NCBI RefSeq assembly: GCF_018977255.1
Contig: NW_024704742.1
Span: 40,984,001 to 41,048,000, forward strand
Source: Callorhinchus milii
Taxonomy: Eukaryota
Length of the DNA: 64,000 nucleotides
Reading direction: 5' to 3'
Shown: positions 26,206-40,121 of the stretch, one piece after another
Layout: each line of letters opens with the position of its first letter
Position numbering within the stretch: the stretch's first letter is position 1
Program-made: the position numbers and the translations under genes
The notes under the pieces: generated by a model
The model's input: the letters and a program-made list of their open reading frames with translations, nothing else
Told to the model about the DNA's origin: nothing
Databases searched by the model: none

Positions 26206-26378
26206 CTTTGTAAACATGGGCTTGCCATGCTGGGTGACCATAGTGCACTGGTCGCAGTCCAGTGTGATGGATGAGTTGTGGTAAGACTCTTTCGAATGTT
26301 TTAGAACATAGTAAAGGTCTGTTACTCCTCCCTCAAAGATTGTACTGAAATAACGAGGAATGAGGGTTCGGCCGATAG
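26206..26378 (-). CDS. LDB2: LDB2 internal coding exon (equivalent to human coding exon 3), dimerisation domain: (T)IGRTLIPRYFSTIFEGGVTDLYYVLKHSKESYHNSSITLDCDQCTMVTQHGKPMFTK
   Basis: Translation matches the vertebrate LDB2 sequence as I recall it almost residue for residue. Minus-strand acceptor tctttctacag| and donor AAG|gtaag; 173 nt; starts phase 1, ends phase 0. Confidence 0.97.
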
Positions 26379-27174
26379 CTGTAGAAAGATAATCACAAAG
26401 ATAGAGAACCAGGTAAGCACACGTTACTCGGATTTCTCGTTTGCGGCTCCTGTTGTACATTCATTTTTAAGATAGAAACCACCCAAAATACTGGTTAAAA
26501 AAAAGCGAGTCCCCCCCTTTACATTAAATAAACACCTCAGAGTAGTCTGTATCCGGCTAATGTCCAATACCATAAGTGTAGTTTCATGGCTATTGAGAAT
26601 GGCATCGGAGGGTACATCCACCTTGCATTCATTATAAATACACCAAAGGTTAAGCACAACATAATAAAAGATAAACAAGAGCTCACTTTCACGGATGTCC
26701 TTTATAACAATCTCACATTCATATTTCACTGTATTGTAATGCCACTGCTAACCATGTATTCAGTTCTGATGAAGCCATTGCTAAACACAACTTACACACA
26801 AATTTAAGGGCAGGGATAATGAAAAGTATGCTGCAACACATCGAGGTATTCAGATATTATCATTAATCTCAAGCAACTGAATCCTGTAACATTACTGCCT
26901 TGAAACAAACCTTTTGAAACACAGTTGTTATGCAATATCTGGAAAAATAAAATGAACAACAGATTCTGAGATTTGCAGCAAATCTTTCCAGATAAAACAG
27001 ACCCAGAAGCATAATACATGAGTCAAAACCCCAACATTTGGAATTTTCATTTGTTATTGGTTTTGGGCAGACGAGTATTATTGGTTTTGGGCAGACATGT
27101 CATCCCATTGCCATGCTTAAGAGTATCCAAACCAGATTGAGAGTTCATGTCACCTAGGCATGGAAATTCCTCTA

Positions 27175-27361
27175 CAGTCGAACCTCACTATAATGATCCC
27201 TGTTTATAACAAACCCCCGGTTTTAACGATCCCAACAGCAATAAAGTAGGTCAGTGGGGAGATGTACTTCTTTGATAGCCAAACCCTACAATAGTGAACA
27301 CCCTCATATGACCACTGTTTTTGCCAGTCCCAAGAGGGTTTGTTATAGTGAGGTTCCATTG
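27175..27361. mobile_element. Non-autonomous Tc1/mariner (pogo/Tigger-type) MITE, 187 bp
   Basis: TA|cagtcgaacctcactataa ... ttatagtgaggttccattg|TA: 19-bp TIRs with 2 mismatches and a TA target duplication. Confidence 0.85.
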
Positions 27362-29459
27362 TATTTAACATGGTACATGGAAATAATACGCAATGGGGGC
27401 AAAGGTGCAATATTCACAAATTGCATGTGTTGCATCAGTTGCAACTTTACGATTCACAAAAAATAGCACCATCTTTTGAAAGGTCTGAAACATCTGACAC
27501 AAGGGTGGAAACATTTTCGACTTGTGTCTTGAAAATTTTCATTTTGTTTCATTTGCAGAGTAAAGAATCACAAATCAGAAGTTGCAATTAACACAATAAA
27601 TAAATAAGTTTGCGAACATCACACTTTAGATACCAATATGACTGTATTCACATTTCTTTAGCTTACTAAAGCACCAATTTAAAAAATATTCTACAAAAAG
27701 GAAATCACCCCTGCCTCTGCCAACAATTGGCAAATACATCATAATGCTGGAGTTTTCCAACCTTTCTGTTTTTATGAAATTTCGCATCAGGTTTGTGAAT
27801 TTAAATTACGAAGGACGCATATTAGTTTGGCAGGGGAATGAGAGTGATTTATTAGTACCTTTCTAGTAGTTAGTACGGAATCCAAGGGAAAGACGGAAGC
27901 ACAGAAATTTCTTTTGAAATCTGCTTCTGCATTTCCAGGCAGGGTTATAATCAATCTCAATCAGTTAAAATTTACATTAAAACCAATTTAAACTCCTCCT
28001 CCACTCACCCTTTTTCCGAATTCCACCAAAAAAATTCAAGTAAAGTTCCCACATAGAAGGAAATGCAAGGTTAGATTGGAGAAAGTAACAGATAGGCTGG
28101 AGGGATGAATAAGAAAGAAGCTAAACATTTTTTTAAAAAAATTCAATCCGCTGATAGCATTTTGGAATGAAAACACTTTTAATATAAATGCAGATGTTAC
28201 ATGCAGTAAAACTAACTGTATTCTTCAATTAAGAAAATGTTTTGGGCAAGTTGATTTCTCTCTGCTTTTCATCTGTGAATTTCAGGCAAAATTACATTCT
28301 TTCCACTGGGCTATTGCAGGGCAGGAAAATATAATTGGGCATTTTCTAACCTATCATAAGCTCAACTTCTCATTTAAAAGCCAGTTCTTTTTTAAAGCCT
28401 CATTCACTGAACTCCACAGCCTGATTACAGTGTACCCTTTAGACAAAGTCTGCATGAAAAACAGGAAATATTATAACAGACAAAATCCCACCATGTTTCA
28501 TTGATGGTGGTTAAGCAAGACTCCCAATATTTTTAATTTGAAAAGTTTAAATTATACAGTTGGCACTTGTCCTGAACATAGAGTTTGGTTCAAGTTGATG
28601 GTATTTACAGTGTGTTCTGTGAAGCGCTTTGGGACGTCCTCCCGACGTGAAAAGCGCTATATCAAATGCAAGGATTATTATTATTATTATTATTATCTAT
28701 AAGCTGCCTCACTAACTCTGTGTGTAAATAGGTTGTTTCATGTAACACAGCCATACGGAGTAAGAAGATCCCAGATTTGATACTCGTTTGTGCTGAGTTG
28801 ACTAATCTCTGCTAGGGCAGTGGCGGATTAGGCTCAAGATACTTGGGCTGTTGAAGAATAACACATCGGACAGTGCCTGCACAAGCATCCCAGCGCAAGC
28901 CACTACTGCAGCACAAACAACTGCCTTCAGGAATGGAGCGGAGAAATTGAAAACACAATTTACTACACTGAATCGTCCACTGTTTTTAAAATCTCTGTGA
29001 AAACACTATGCAAAATGCACCATTTGATGCAATCACAACACAAACAATATTTCCAGGTCAATAATATTCACATCGAGGCAGCAGTCTATTGACTGGGGGA
29101 ACCCTGCATTTTCAGCCGCCTCCGATTTGCATTAAAGCTTCCTTCTCTCCAAATTGTACCAAACTGCTGTTACTAAGCAACAGTGCCTTCATGCAACATA
29201 AAACAATCACATTGCACCACATTAGCAAACTCTCGTTGATGTTATAGCCTTTCACTGAATTTATCTTTCCTGCAAAATATGTTGTTGCCCTTCATTCCAC
29301 ACCCACCCATTCCCCACAACTTCACAGTACTTTGAGATGGATTCCTGATGTACCCAGCCCACTTTCTATTCCATTGCCCTTAGTAAAAGGTTCTAACGAA
29401 CCTCTATTTACCACAGGCATCACAACTGTATGAACTGTTATTCTGTGTTTCACATTGAT

Positions 29460-29915
29460 ATTGCTCAGTTGGTAACACTCTCGTCTCGTCTCGAGAATGA
29501 AACTCGTGTATTCTAAGATGACATTCCAATGCAGTACTGAGCCTGTGCTGTGTTGTTGGAGGTGCCGTCCTTCGGAAAAGATGTTAAAACAAGGTCCTGT
29601 CGTATTGTTCAGATGGATGTTAAAGACACCATCACACTATTCAAAAAGAGAAGGGTGTTTCTCTCGGTGTGGTGCATAGTTGGAGGTGCTGTCCTTCGAA
29701 TGAGGCATTAAACCAATGTCCTATTTTCTTGTTCAGGTGAACATTAAATATCCAGTGGCACTGCTCAAAAAGAGAAGGGAGTTTCTCCCAGTGCCTGGTC
29801 AACCAGCCCCCAGATAAAATTGGTCATCCACTTTACACTTCTTTGGCTGCTGCATTGCCTACAATATACACAATGAACAAACAACCGCATTTTACAGGAA
29901 ATCCTGTGAAGCTCT
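29460..29915 (+). mobile_element. Deu-domain SINE with a tandemly duplicated Deu core
   Basis: ttggaggtgccgtccttcg...aaaaagagaaggg occurs twice (~29556-29670 and ~29680-29795). Confidence 0.78.
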
Positions 29916-29924
29916 CTTATTCAC

Positions 29925-30660
29925 ATTAATATCTCAAAGTTTCACTTTCTGTGTAATTACTGTCTAGTGTAGTGACTCTTTTTGTGGGAAAGTGTAGAAG
30001 CAATTCTGCACCAGTGAGATCCCAAATAATGATGAGGTGAATGACTAATTATTTGGAGGACTGTTCATCAGCACAATGGGAGAAATGTCCTTCCTTTATC
30101 AAACAGTTTCATGGGATCTTTAAATTCCAATTGAGAAAAAACAGATAAGATCTAGATTTAAACATCTCATCTAAAGGTCAGCACTTCCAACACATGGAGT
30201 CCTCTCGCTCAGTGGTTAGAGCACTCACTTCGCAAGTGAGAGACCTGGTTTCGATTCCCGGCAGGGCGAAATGTTGGGCAAGTTTCCTTACTCCATACAC
30301 GGTTTACCTAGCAGTAAGTAGGATCCCTTTGTTAGTCGATTGGTGGATTGCTTTTCTGGGGGTAATAATTCCTTAAAAAAATAATAAATTGATAACTCAA
30401 TCCGTGACTGTTTGTGGGACACTGCTGTGCGCAATTGGCTGCCGCGTTTCGCCCACACAATATACAGTCAATTCATTTTACAATATATTCTGTGAAGCGT
30501 TTTGAGAATTCTCGAAAACGTGTTATCAAATGCAAGGATTATTATTATATTATTGTAGTGCTCCTCCAGTATTGCACTGGAATGTCAGCCTCGATATGAG
30601 CTAAGTTCTAACTTGGGGCTTGAAGCGACAAACTTTAACCCATAGGCCAGAATGCAAAGC
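29925..30660 (-). mobile_element. Deu-domain SINE interrupted by the 30195-30554 SINE
   Basis: catgggatctttaa...tttaaacatctcatctaaagg lies before the insertion and the head lies after it. Confidence 0.75.
30195..30554 (+). mobile_element. tRNA-Ala(CGC)-derived SINE, long variant, inserted into an older minus-strand Deu-SINE
   Basis: Full head, central gtttacctagcagtaagtagg segment and tail. The two flanks join into one Deu-SINE (...cagcacttccaaca | ttgtagtgctcctccagtattgcactgg...). Confidence 0.88.
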
Positions 30661-31343
30661 CTCATACACACATTTATACATGGTACATAGTAAATGTGTG
30701 CTCACACATGATTTACACATGTTACACGGTGCACAGTGTTGGGAAGTGGTGAATGTATGTGCTATTTTGAGGTATGTGCTGTAGAGAATAATCCACAAAT
30801 ATAAAAATTCTTAAACTGTGTGTCAAGGTCCAGCAGTCCTGTTTTACAGACATTACTGCTTAAAAGCGAGACGCATAAACACTAATATGTGTTATTCAAT
30901 TGCCAATCACTCTTGACACTCTATAGTTTAATTAGTTTAGTCTAACATAGTAATCTGATCATGCCAACACTAATTTGCTTTTGCACCCAACGGGCTTTCA
31001 CCCAAGAGTGGACACATCAAACGGCAGTTCTACATTACTGTTTCTAGCTAAATTACTGAAAGTATTCCTGACGTAAATATCCAAGCTGTTTTCCTGCTCA
31101 AATCCACTGTCTTGAATATGCAACAATTTAAGCCATTATTGCTTTTTCAGGACAGTGGGATTGAGCAGAGCAGCTTCATAAATGGCTTGATTGCCAGAAA
31201 TAGGACTTTTCAAAAGTAGACAAAATAATGTAAAGTGTACCTTATGGAGGAAACCCCATGCATGTCATGCTAACTCAACCATCCCCAACTTAAGCCTGCC
31301 TTGGAGCAGGTTCTCGTGAGCCAGCGAGCATATATACTGTATA

Positions 31344-31697
31344 AGTCCTGTAGCGCTGTGGTTAGAGCAGTCGCCTCGCAAGCGAGAGACCTAGGTTTGT
31401 CTTGGGCAAGATTCCTTACTCCACACGCCTCTGTTTATCTAGCATAAGTAGGAATCCAGTTGTTAGTTGATTGGCGGATCGCTTTTCTGGGGGTAATAAT
31501 TCCTTAAAAAAATAATAAATTGGTTACTCAATCCACAACTGTTTGTGGGACACTGCTGTGTGCAATTGGCTGCCACGTTTCGCCCACAAAGTATACAGTC
31601 AATTCACTTTACAGTATATTCTGTGAAGAGCTTTGAGATGTCTTGAAGATGTGATAAGGCGCTATATTAAATGTAGGGATTATGATTATTATTATTA
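31344..31697 (+). mobile_element. tRNA-Ala-derived SINE, long variant (small deletion in the B-box region)
   Basis: Aligns with the 30195, 41247 and 60275 copies. Confidence 0.88.
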
Positions 31698-34600
31698 AGT
31701 CACACTGTACGTCCCAAGGAACTTTTTCCATTGCTCGTGCAACTTTTCATTCATGTGGTAAATAATCATCCACATTATTTTCATGTTTAAAAGTTCTTCT
31801 TGATATTGGCCTTGTTATGTATGGGTCCTCGATGGTCCACACAATACCAGAGGAGGGTGAAGTGATGGAATGTAGCGGCTGTTGTCCCACAGAGTCACAA
31901 GGAAATGATACACAACTGTGACTCCTCACACAGCAGGCTCCATCCTGTTCTCCCACATACTACTTGGGGGAATGTCACCAAGCAGGCTCTTCTCCGCCAG
32001 CAGAGCGAGCTCCTGCAGCGAAGATAATGAGTGGAACAGGGAGAAGTAGAGCAGCAAACTGATTGACCGTCTCCTCAGCCAGGGAGCAGTGCAGATTACA
32101 TTAGGAGGATACGGGTACTGTAGTAGCAGAATATAAAATGCAGCGCAAACAAAAAGAGAACAGAGACAATGGTATGAAGGCAGGATATTCAAATGCAGAT
32201 TTAAATATTCACTTGATGCTGTTCGATTCTGTACTGGCAAATAACATGCATTTTTTACACGGTGCCAGTATGAATCTCTATTAACATCACCTAAACACCC
32301 ATCCGCACACCGCAAATAAAATATTCCTACAGTGTTATAACTGGGAGCCGTATAATGAGAATGGGGGCATTTTAAATTGGATATTTAAAGACGTGCAGTT
32401 AAGAATTACAATAATTTGACAGCTGTTGATGTGGTTATAGTACATTAGAACTACTGGAGAGAGGACAGAATTTGACAGTCACATTGTTATTAATGATCGA
32501 TGCACATATACATATTAAAAGGCTGCTGTCTGACTCGTGTCAGTTGTTAGAAGGGGAAAAAAGTACACAGGGATGATCATTGTCTTCATTCACCCTTCTC
32601 CCTCTTACATGCGTCTGCGTTGACACCCCTGCTGTCTGTACCATGACCTGCCTCAGCTGCTGTCAACACAGCTCCTCATCACTGACTGGCAGCCTACTTT
32701 ACATGGTGGCTTTGCACAGACGTTTCCTCCCTCCAGAGTGAGGGCAATCTGTAAATTCCCATTACTTCTTCTCCTCACTCCCCGAAGTTACTACCTTGCA
32801 CCAATTGAATGAGAGGCCAGAGAAGGTAACTGCTTCCCTGCCCCCCCCCCCCCAGTCAAGTAATTCTGATTTGGTCAGCAACAGATGTGCAAGAGTGGCC
32901 CTCCGATGGATTTTCTCACTGATTTCCCCTTAGCTTTGTGGGGAAGCACCCAACCTCGCCTTATCACAACCCTACAGCTCAGACGAGGGTCTCAGCAATG
33001 TGGAGATGGGGGATCCCAAGTGCAAACGTATGGTCCTACAATCTGGTTTGCAAATACATTGCTGGTTTCCAGCCGGTAGTTTCCTATTAGAGCTAGCATC
33101 TTTATTCCTTTTTCCTTATACTAACATGACTACAGGAACACTACACTAAATCCTGAAGGTATCTGATCTTTTTAAGTACATCGTTGCTCGGTGCAGTGGG
33201 ACATGGTAAATGTCGGGCTGATGGGTTTAGAGCTGCGATGCAGCTGAGGTGCCTTTCTTATGATGAGATGTTAAACTGAGGTCTCTTCCTCTGTTGGTCC
33301 TGATGGATGATAAAGATCTCATGCCACTTTCTCCGGAAGCTCCATCTTCCTGTCCAATGCTGTCCCTAGTAACATTCCTATCCTGCAGCCTACTCCCCTG
33401 GGGCTTCTCAATGTAAATGAGATGTGTGATCTCAAAGGCACACCAGATTAAATACCATCAAAACAATTTAAACCAGTGGATTTAAACCATTAATACATTT
33501 TTAAAATGGTGAGTTTTTTTTTATTGTTAGTGTCCTAAATCTACTGAATAATTGCAGAAATAAATAAGAAATAACCAAAAAAACTTAAGATAGGAACAAT
33601 TAATGTAATGCAGATACAGACTGTCCCGACTGGATTAAGGCATTCTCAGTGGTGTTCTATGGATACAGGTCAGACTTTGTCAGGTCTTTTTCATGTTAAT
33701 CTTGTCTTTTTTAGCACAGAAATGTGACCAAACCCACAGGGAGGCTATTAAATTGGCAGACTAACAATCCTAGCTGTATGAACCTGACTGCACTTAATGA
33801 ATGCACAGGAGATATTCACCACCAACACGTGGCTGGATTCAGATGCTGATAACACAGTCTACAACATGAAACAAGGGTGATCGAAATTCACAGTGGATTC
33901 CCAAGCTATTTCAGCACCAGCACAAAGGCAATGTTGCTGCTCATATCTTCACAAAATTAACGGGATGGTCCTATGTGGCACTTGTAACACAGAGACTAAT
34001 CGCTTCTCACTTAAAATTAAATTGTGGAAGTCAAAATGGTGATGATTGCTTGTCACACACCTTAACAATGTACAATGTCACCTTAGAACTAAATTCCATG
34101 GAATGCATTGCATGCAGTAATTCTCCTAGCCCTATTCATTTGTATGGGTATCGGATTAGCATCTGGCTTGTCTGTGACGCACTCCCTCCACAGTCAAAGG
34201 GCCTGTTGAAACTTACTGTATGGGCATACGCATGGAAGAACTACAACTTGAGTGAGATACTGGTGGAACCCGGTGTCACCATCTTCAGGAGGGGAGAGGG
34301 AAAACAAAGTACATCTTGCAGCCCAAGCCTTTATTAGTTTGCTTTTGCTTTAAGTGAAATCAGACAATGTTGTTTGTTGTAAAAAGTGCAGTCAAAGCTG
34401 GCGTGGTAGTTATTTCATTCTGAAAGTTGAAAGGAATGTTGCTGTGCTGTTTACAGTTGTGATTTTGCTATGATGCAGCATAGCATGTTTTCCCATTGGA
34501 TTTTTTTTGTAAACCGAGGCCTCTGTGTCCATGACTTGCTGAAAGAAATACTCAAGAGATGAGATTAGCAATTGCTATTTCACTAAATATGGAAAAGAAC

Positions 34601-37600
34601 ATATGCTTCTCAAGTAATGTGTATCCATACACACAATCTACAAATAATTAGCATTGTGTTAATTAGTTACATGAATTTATGTCACCTTCTAAAAGTATAT
34701 CCTCAGAGTCCTCAGGAAAGATGCCAGCAATTCGAGCCAACGCATGTTAAATTTCACTTCAGGTTAACAAACGTACTTTGACTAGAGTAATGCTACATAA
34801 ACATGTGGCAGCTGGGACTGGAGAGGCAGATTGACTAATATGAAGCACTGACTACGAAATTAATGCTGACAGTGCAAATCTGACAGGAACAGATATTCAA
34901 AAATTAGTCTTTTTTCCTGCCTGAAGGGACAAGTTGCACAAAAAATACATTAGGCAGTTCCACGCTGCAGAAATATTTGTCAATGGATGAGTTGGGTTGT
35001 CATTTTTTCAGATGTCAAGAATGGAAACCTAATAGTCTTGTGTTCTGTGAAAAATGAAACAGTTTGAAACCGTAAGCAAATAATATACATCTTTCACACA
35101 CATAAAAATAATATCTGGATACATTTGGCAGTAATGTAAAGTTCAAAAGTTCAAATCCCTCTTGACTGCCATTGAAGCTCAGTCGCCCGCAACAGACAAG
35201 TTCCTTCAGCTCTCAGGTAAACAGGTCGAGCAATGAATGACAATAGAGAGTCCTATCTGAGGGGTGCGGGGGGATCACTATGGCTAGCTCAGCCTCGCAG
35301 ACAAATTCTTCTGGTTGCTGTTCACATAATACACCCCCACCTGAGCAGACTGATCACAAGATAGGTTTGAGTGAAGAAGAAAGCCTGTTCGCCATTTAAT
35401 CACATCTCTCTAGAATGCCCACAACACCATCCATTCATCACAGCATCAAACTGTTTTTTAAATGAGTTCTGTGTCCTGACATCTACTACCATTCCTAGCA
35501 AAATTGCTTGTTATCCAGTTATCCTCTATGTTAAAAACAAATTCCATCCTGAATGCATCTGTCCTGAAATTACCCTTTACAACCCTGAACAATCTTCCAA
35601 CATGAAAGGCGCTATATAAAAGTAATTTTGTTGTTGTTTTTGTTGTTGAAACAATCCCTATCGTTCTGCTGCTTAACACATCTGAAAGTATTGTTCTGGG
35701 TTAACTTTCTCAATCCCTTTGTTAGCAGAAGACCTGTAGCTGACCTGTCAGCAAACCACCCCTAAATCAACCTAAGCCATGTGGTCTTAGAGGCTGTGAA
35801 ATTAATAGGAAATAATGAACATTTGGGAGTGATTACAAAGGCAGTAATTTAATCATGGGGGAAAGGGGAGGTTCACAATTTAGGTCTCAACTTTACTCAT
35901 TTGGTGACACTCTCCCCTCTGGGGCAGAAGAGGGTTCAAGCAGGCCTTGAATTTATAAACTTGGCTGAATCTTGAATGCAGTACTGGGGTAGTGTTGGTG
36001 GTGCCATATTTCAGATGACACGTTAAACAGAGGTCTCATCTTCTATTTCAATCCTCATTAAAGATGCTATTCAACTATTCAGAAAATGGGGATGTTTTAT
36101 TCTGTTGCGCCTTTTTAGGCTGACATTAAAAATATCCAGTGACAATACAATCCATTGCCTTAGTATATTATGTACAAAAACGCAGTCACTACACTCTATG
36201 AATGCTGTAAAGCACTTTGAGACGTCCCCTTGACGTGAAAGGCATGATATGAAAAATTACAAATCGCGGTTGGAATAATTCAAAAGTAATCAATTGGTTA
36301 CAATCAACTGAATTGGTGGCTAAAGGATTAATAAAGCAAATAAATATATGTACAAAATAATTAATCACTGCAATTTTCACTAAAAAAGTAGTACAATATC
36401 TATGTGGCAAATATATTTTAAGAATCAGAGGCTTAGGTTTTCATAAATGGGCATGCGATAATATAATCCTTCCATTTGATATAGTGCCTTATCACGTCTT
36501 CTAGATGTCTCAAAATGCTTCACAGAATACAATGATACAACTGCACATTTTATAAAGGAGATAGTAACTCCATTAAAATTTATAAACTGTGCTGAGAGCA
36601 GAAATCTCTTTCCACAAATGCTTCAGCGAACGAGGCACGATTATCGGGATGACACAAAAGCTTTATTTGTGTTAGTAGTGTTGAAGATGGAAACATCCCT
36701 AAGGAATATTAGCCATCACATAAATACGGAGTTATGTTCTTGCATTTTCTCTTCTCTCAGACAAAAACTTCTTTCTCCCCTCTTATTTTAGGCATCTTGA
36801 TGGATTTCCATTGCTGGTTGATGAATTGGTGCACTGTTGTTCAGTTTAATGTTCGGTTTAATGTACTGCTTGACTTTCATGTCTTGCCATGTAAATTTCA
36901 CTCAATTGTTCTTTGATGAATGTAGAACACACAAAAGCCAACAAGATAATTTACTGAGAAAGCTGTTTTGTGTAAAATACATGAGCAAATCACTGTATTC
37001 AGCACATCTCTCCTTGTCAGTGATTATCTGTTTTGCAATGTTACTACTTGGTCGGTGACTTTTTCTCAAGATAGATTTTTTTAAGAAAACAGTGCAATAA
37101 CCTAGTTTGAATGCCTGCATTCTGTTGCCATTATAGCAAACCACTAAAAAAAAATTATCAGGCAGGTTTTTGATACACGCAGAAACCAAACACCACGCTT
37201 AAGAATCTAAAAACCAAAGTAATGAGAGTTCCACGTAGATATATTTTCCTTTATTCTGCGAATTATATCTATTTTTCACTGTAACCCAGTGGAAGAATAA
37301 ATGCCCCTTAAAGAGATTTTGCCTTTAACATTAGTACCACTTCCTCCTCTACCCATGCCCCCAACATTCTGCATGAACTTCTGCAACCCAAGGTGGCTAT
37401 TGATACAGAAATTCCAGTTCAACTCCATTCACCCAAAGGTGGTACAGAAATTGGCTTAAGCTCCATTTCACAATAAAATTGAGCAGTCAAATGTCTCCTA
37501 TAAAATATTCCGAACTCAAAGGAACAAAAAAGGAAAATGTTAAAGCTTGGTAACTGAAATGTAACCGTTTGGTGCAGGAGGACGGAGGCTCTCTGTGAGT

Positions 37601-38246
37601 AAACACATGGGTGCAGGAAAATTATCCATTTATCTTTGCTGCCTTATCCAAACAATGTTTGATAAGTGGGTGAAGCTCCTCCTGTGGCTTCCAAGTAATT
37701 GAGTTAACAGGCTGAAGACAAATCTGTGTAATACCACCCAGCGGTGTCCAACCTTTATGGTCGGCCAACAAAATTAATTTTCTTGATTGAATATTTCTTG
37801 ATTTGTGCCATAAATCAACAAAATTCAATCAAGTGAAATTTGGAAACGCATTGATTAATTGAACACGAACTAACCTAGACTAATGCGAATGCTTGGAGGG
37901 GGGGGAGGGGGGGGACGTGGAGGAGCTTCTTGACGGCCCACCACTGCTTTACATGGAAGCGCTCTCTTAACTCACTGGCAGCAGCAGGTGCCTCAGCTAT
38001 AACTATCAAGCCTCAGTCTGTTTGACAACAGTTTTTAATAAGGTTTTGTTTTCATTCGTCACAAGCAAGTGGCTGGGTAGTTGGCATTTTCTGTTTAGTA
38101 ACCTACCTGCTTTCTTAGATAAATGTAGTGACACCTATGCCCCACCTCAGATTTGTGTGTGAGGGAGTGTAATGTAACGGATGGGGCTGAGCACAGTCTG
38201 TCAAACAAAAAGTAGCTGAATGGCAAGTAACTTACATGCCTGGGGT

Positions 38247-38535
38247 GTGTCAACCTGGCTCAGTGGCAGCGCTCTCGCATCTGAGTCAGAAGCTTGTGGG
38301 TTCAAGCCCCACTCTGGGGCTTGGAATCACAAATCTAAGCTGACACTTCAATGCAATGTTGGAATGTGTTGCATTAATGAGACATCTGCTTGTTCAGGTG
38401 GATATTAGAGATTCCACGGCCCTATTGAAATTGAGAATAGAGAATTCACTTTACAGTATTTCCTGTGAAGCTCTTTGAGACATCTTGACAATGTAATAAA
38501 GACACTATGCCAAATGCAAGGATTATTATTATTAT
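38247..38535 (+). mobile_element. Deu-domain SINE (internally deleted). Further partial copies at ~612-701(-), 11317-11512(+), 12770-13055(-), 15831-15950(+), 22465-22620(-), 24520-24855(+), 33230-33380(+), 35880-36110(+) and 48640-48715(-)
   Basis: Shared head (ctggctcagtggcagcgctctcgcatctgagtcagaag...gggttcaagcccc) and/or core motifs. Confidence 0.7.
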
Positions 38536-39815
38536 ATGCCAATTTTTACCAATAATCACAATAGATTTTGTCACACTGTTGGAATATTGTGCTTTACGGC
38601 CTTTTTCTTATTTTTCGGTCTTCTGAACGTCCATTTGGGAATAGTGCAAAACAGACAGCTTTCTATATTCAGTACCAGAAGTCACAAGTAGTGGATCAGG
38701 TTCAGTGTGGCAAATACTGCAAATTAGACCACAATGTAGAAACAAGCTCCATGTGGTAGGAGATTTCAATCTAAATATAGGTATTGCAAAAGTCAATACA
38801 ACAAGCTGAACGCATGCAGTGACATCAGGATGCCTAAGCATTAGGTCGTTGTTGAACTGCAGTAATTTGCTATATCTAAGATTGTGGAAGAGGAGCACAA
38901 CTGCAGCCTAGCGATACAATGCAATTGTAGGTGCTGACTGCAAGTACAGTTCAGATAACATGGTCTAGTTTAGTCATTATAGGTTTGGAGGTACTTTCCC
39001 ATTAGCAAACATAATGACCCAGGAACCACACTGCTTTGCAAATCTCACTGTAATAGTGAATATATATTGTAAGATTTATATTACTGCCACCTGAAGCTGA
39101 AATACATTGCTAAGAGTGTACTTTGTTTATTTTTTAATTAAAAAATGGTATGCAGTGATTCAATATCTTGCTCAGTAATCTGGAGCGATAAAACTACAGT
39201 GGGTGTAAATGGCTTGTCAAAAATTCTCATAGCCTGATACATACTGGTTTAGCAGGTAAAGTGTTTAACTCTGAATCTGAATGTCTGTGTCACAAAAGCA
39301 GAGTTCCAGGTAATGTTCCATGTAATGAGTTCAGGCAGAGGAATCATTGTGGAGAGAGCTTTGCAGCTAGGATTTCACACAGATGTTTTGAATTGACTCA
39401 GATTTTCCTTTTGAGGCCTGAGTTATACCCACCAACTCTTCAAGTGATGCTCCAGACCTAATAGCACAGTGGACTGACAGGGCAACAAATATCTCAAGTG
39501 TTGTAGGAGATGGACTCTGGCAAGTAATTTCTCATCCACATCGGGTCGACTGTCCTGTATGTCATCAGCTTGTTCTATGCCCAGGAGCAAAAGATTTGTC
39601 AGCTAAAACTTGGCAAATAGATCGACAACTTCCTATCATTTCAGATATAAGCGTGCTAGAGCTCTGAAGTTGTCAACAGCGACAAAAAAGGGCTAACATT
39701 TCCTAGGAAAATTTATTCAAGCAATATTGTGAAATCGTGAAAAGATCCTAAAGATAATTATGATGCGGAAAAATGCTAGTCTTTGTAAAAAAAAATCTTT
39801 TTGAGATATTGTGGC

Positions 39816-40121
39816 TGGAGACCTGTAGTTCAGTGGTAGAGTGCTCGCCTTGCAAGCAAGACACCTGGGTTCAATTCCAGGCAGGGCAAAACCTTCCTTA
39901 CTCCACACGCCCAATAATAATCCCTCCAAAACAAAGCAATAATAAATTGGTCATTTCAATCCACGACTGTTTGTGGGACACTGCTGTGCGCAATTGGCTG
40001 CCGCATTTCGCCCACAAAATATACAGTCAATTCACTTTACAGCATATTCTTTGAGGCACTTTGAGACGTCGAGAAGATATGAAAAGAGCTATATCAAATG
40101 TAAGAATTATTGTTATTATTA
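39816..40121 (+). mobile_element. tRNA-Ala-derived SINE, short variant
   Basis: Same head, body and (att)n tail; lacks the central ~55-nt segment. Confidence 0.88.
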
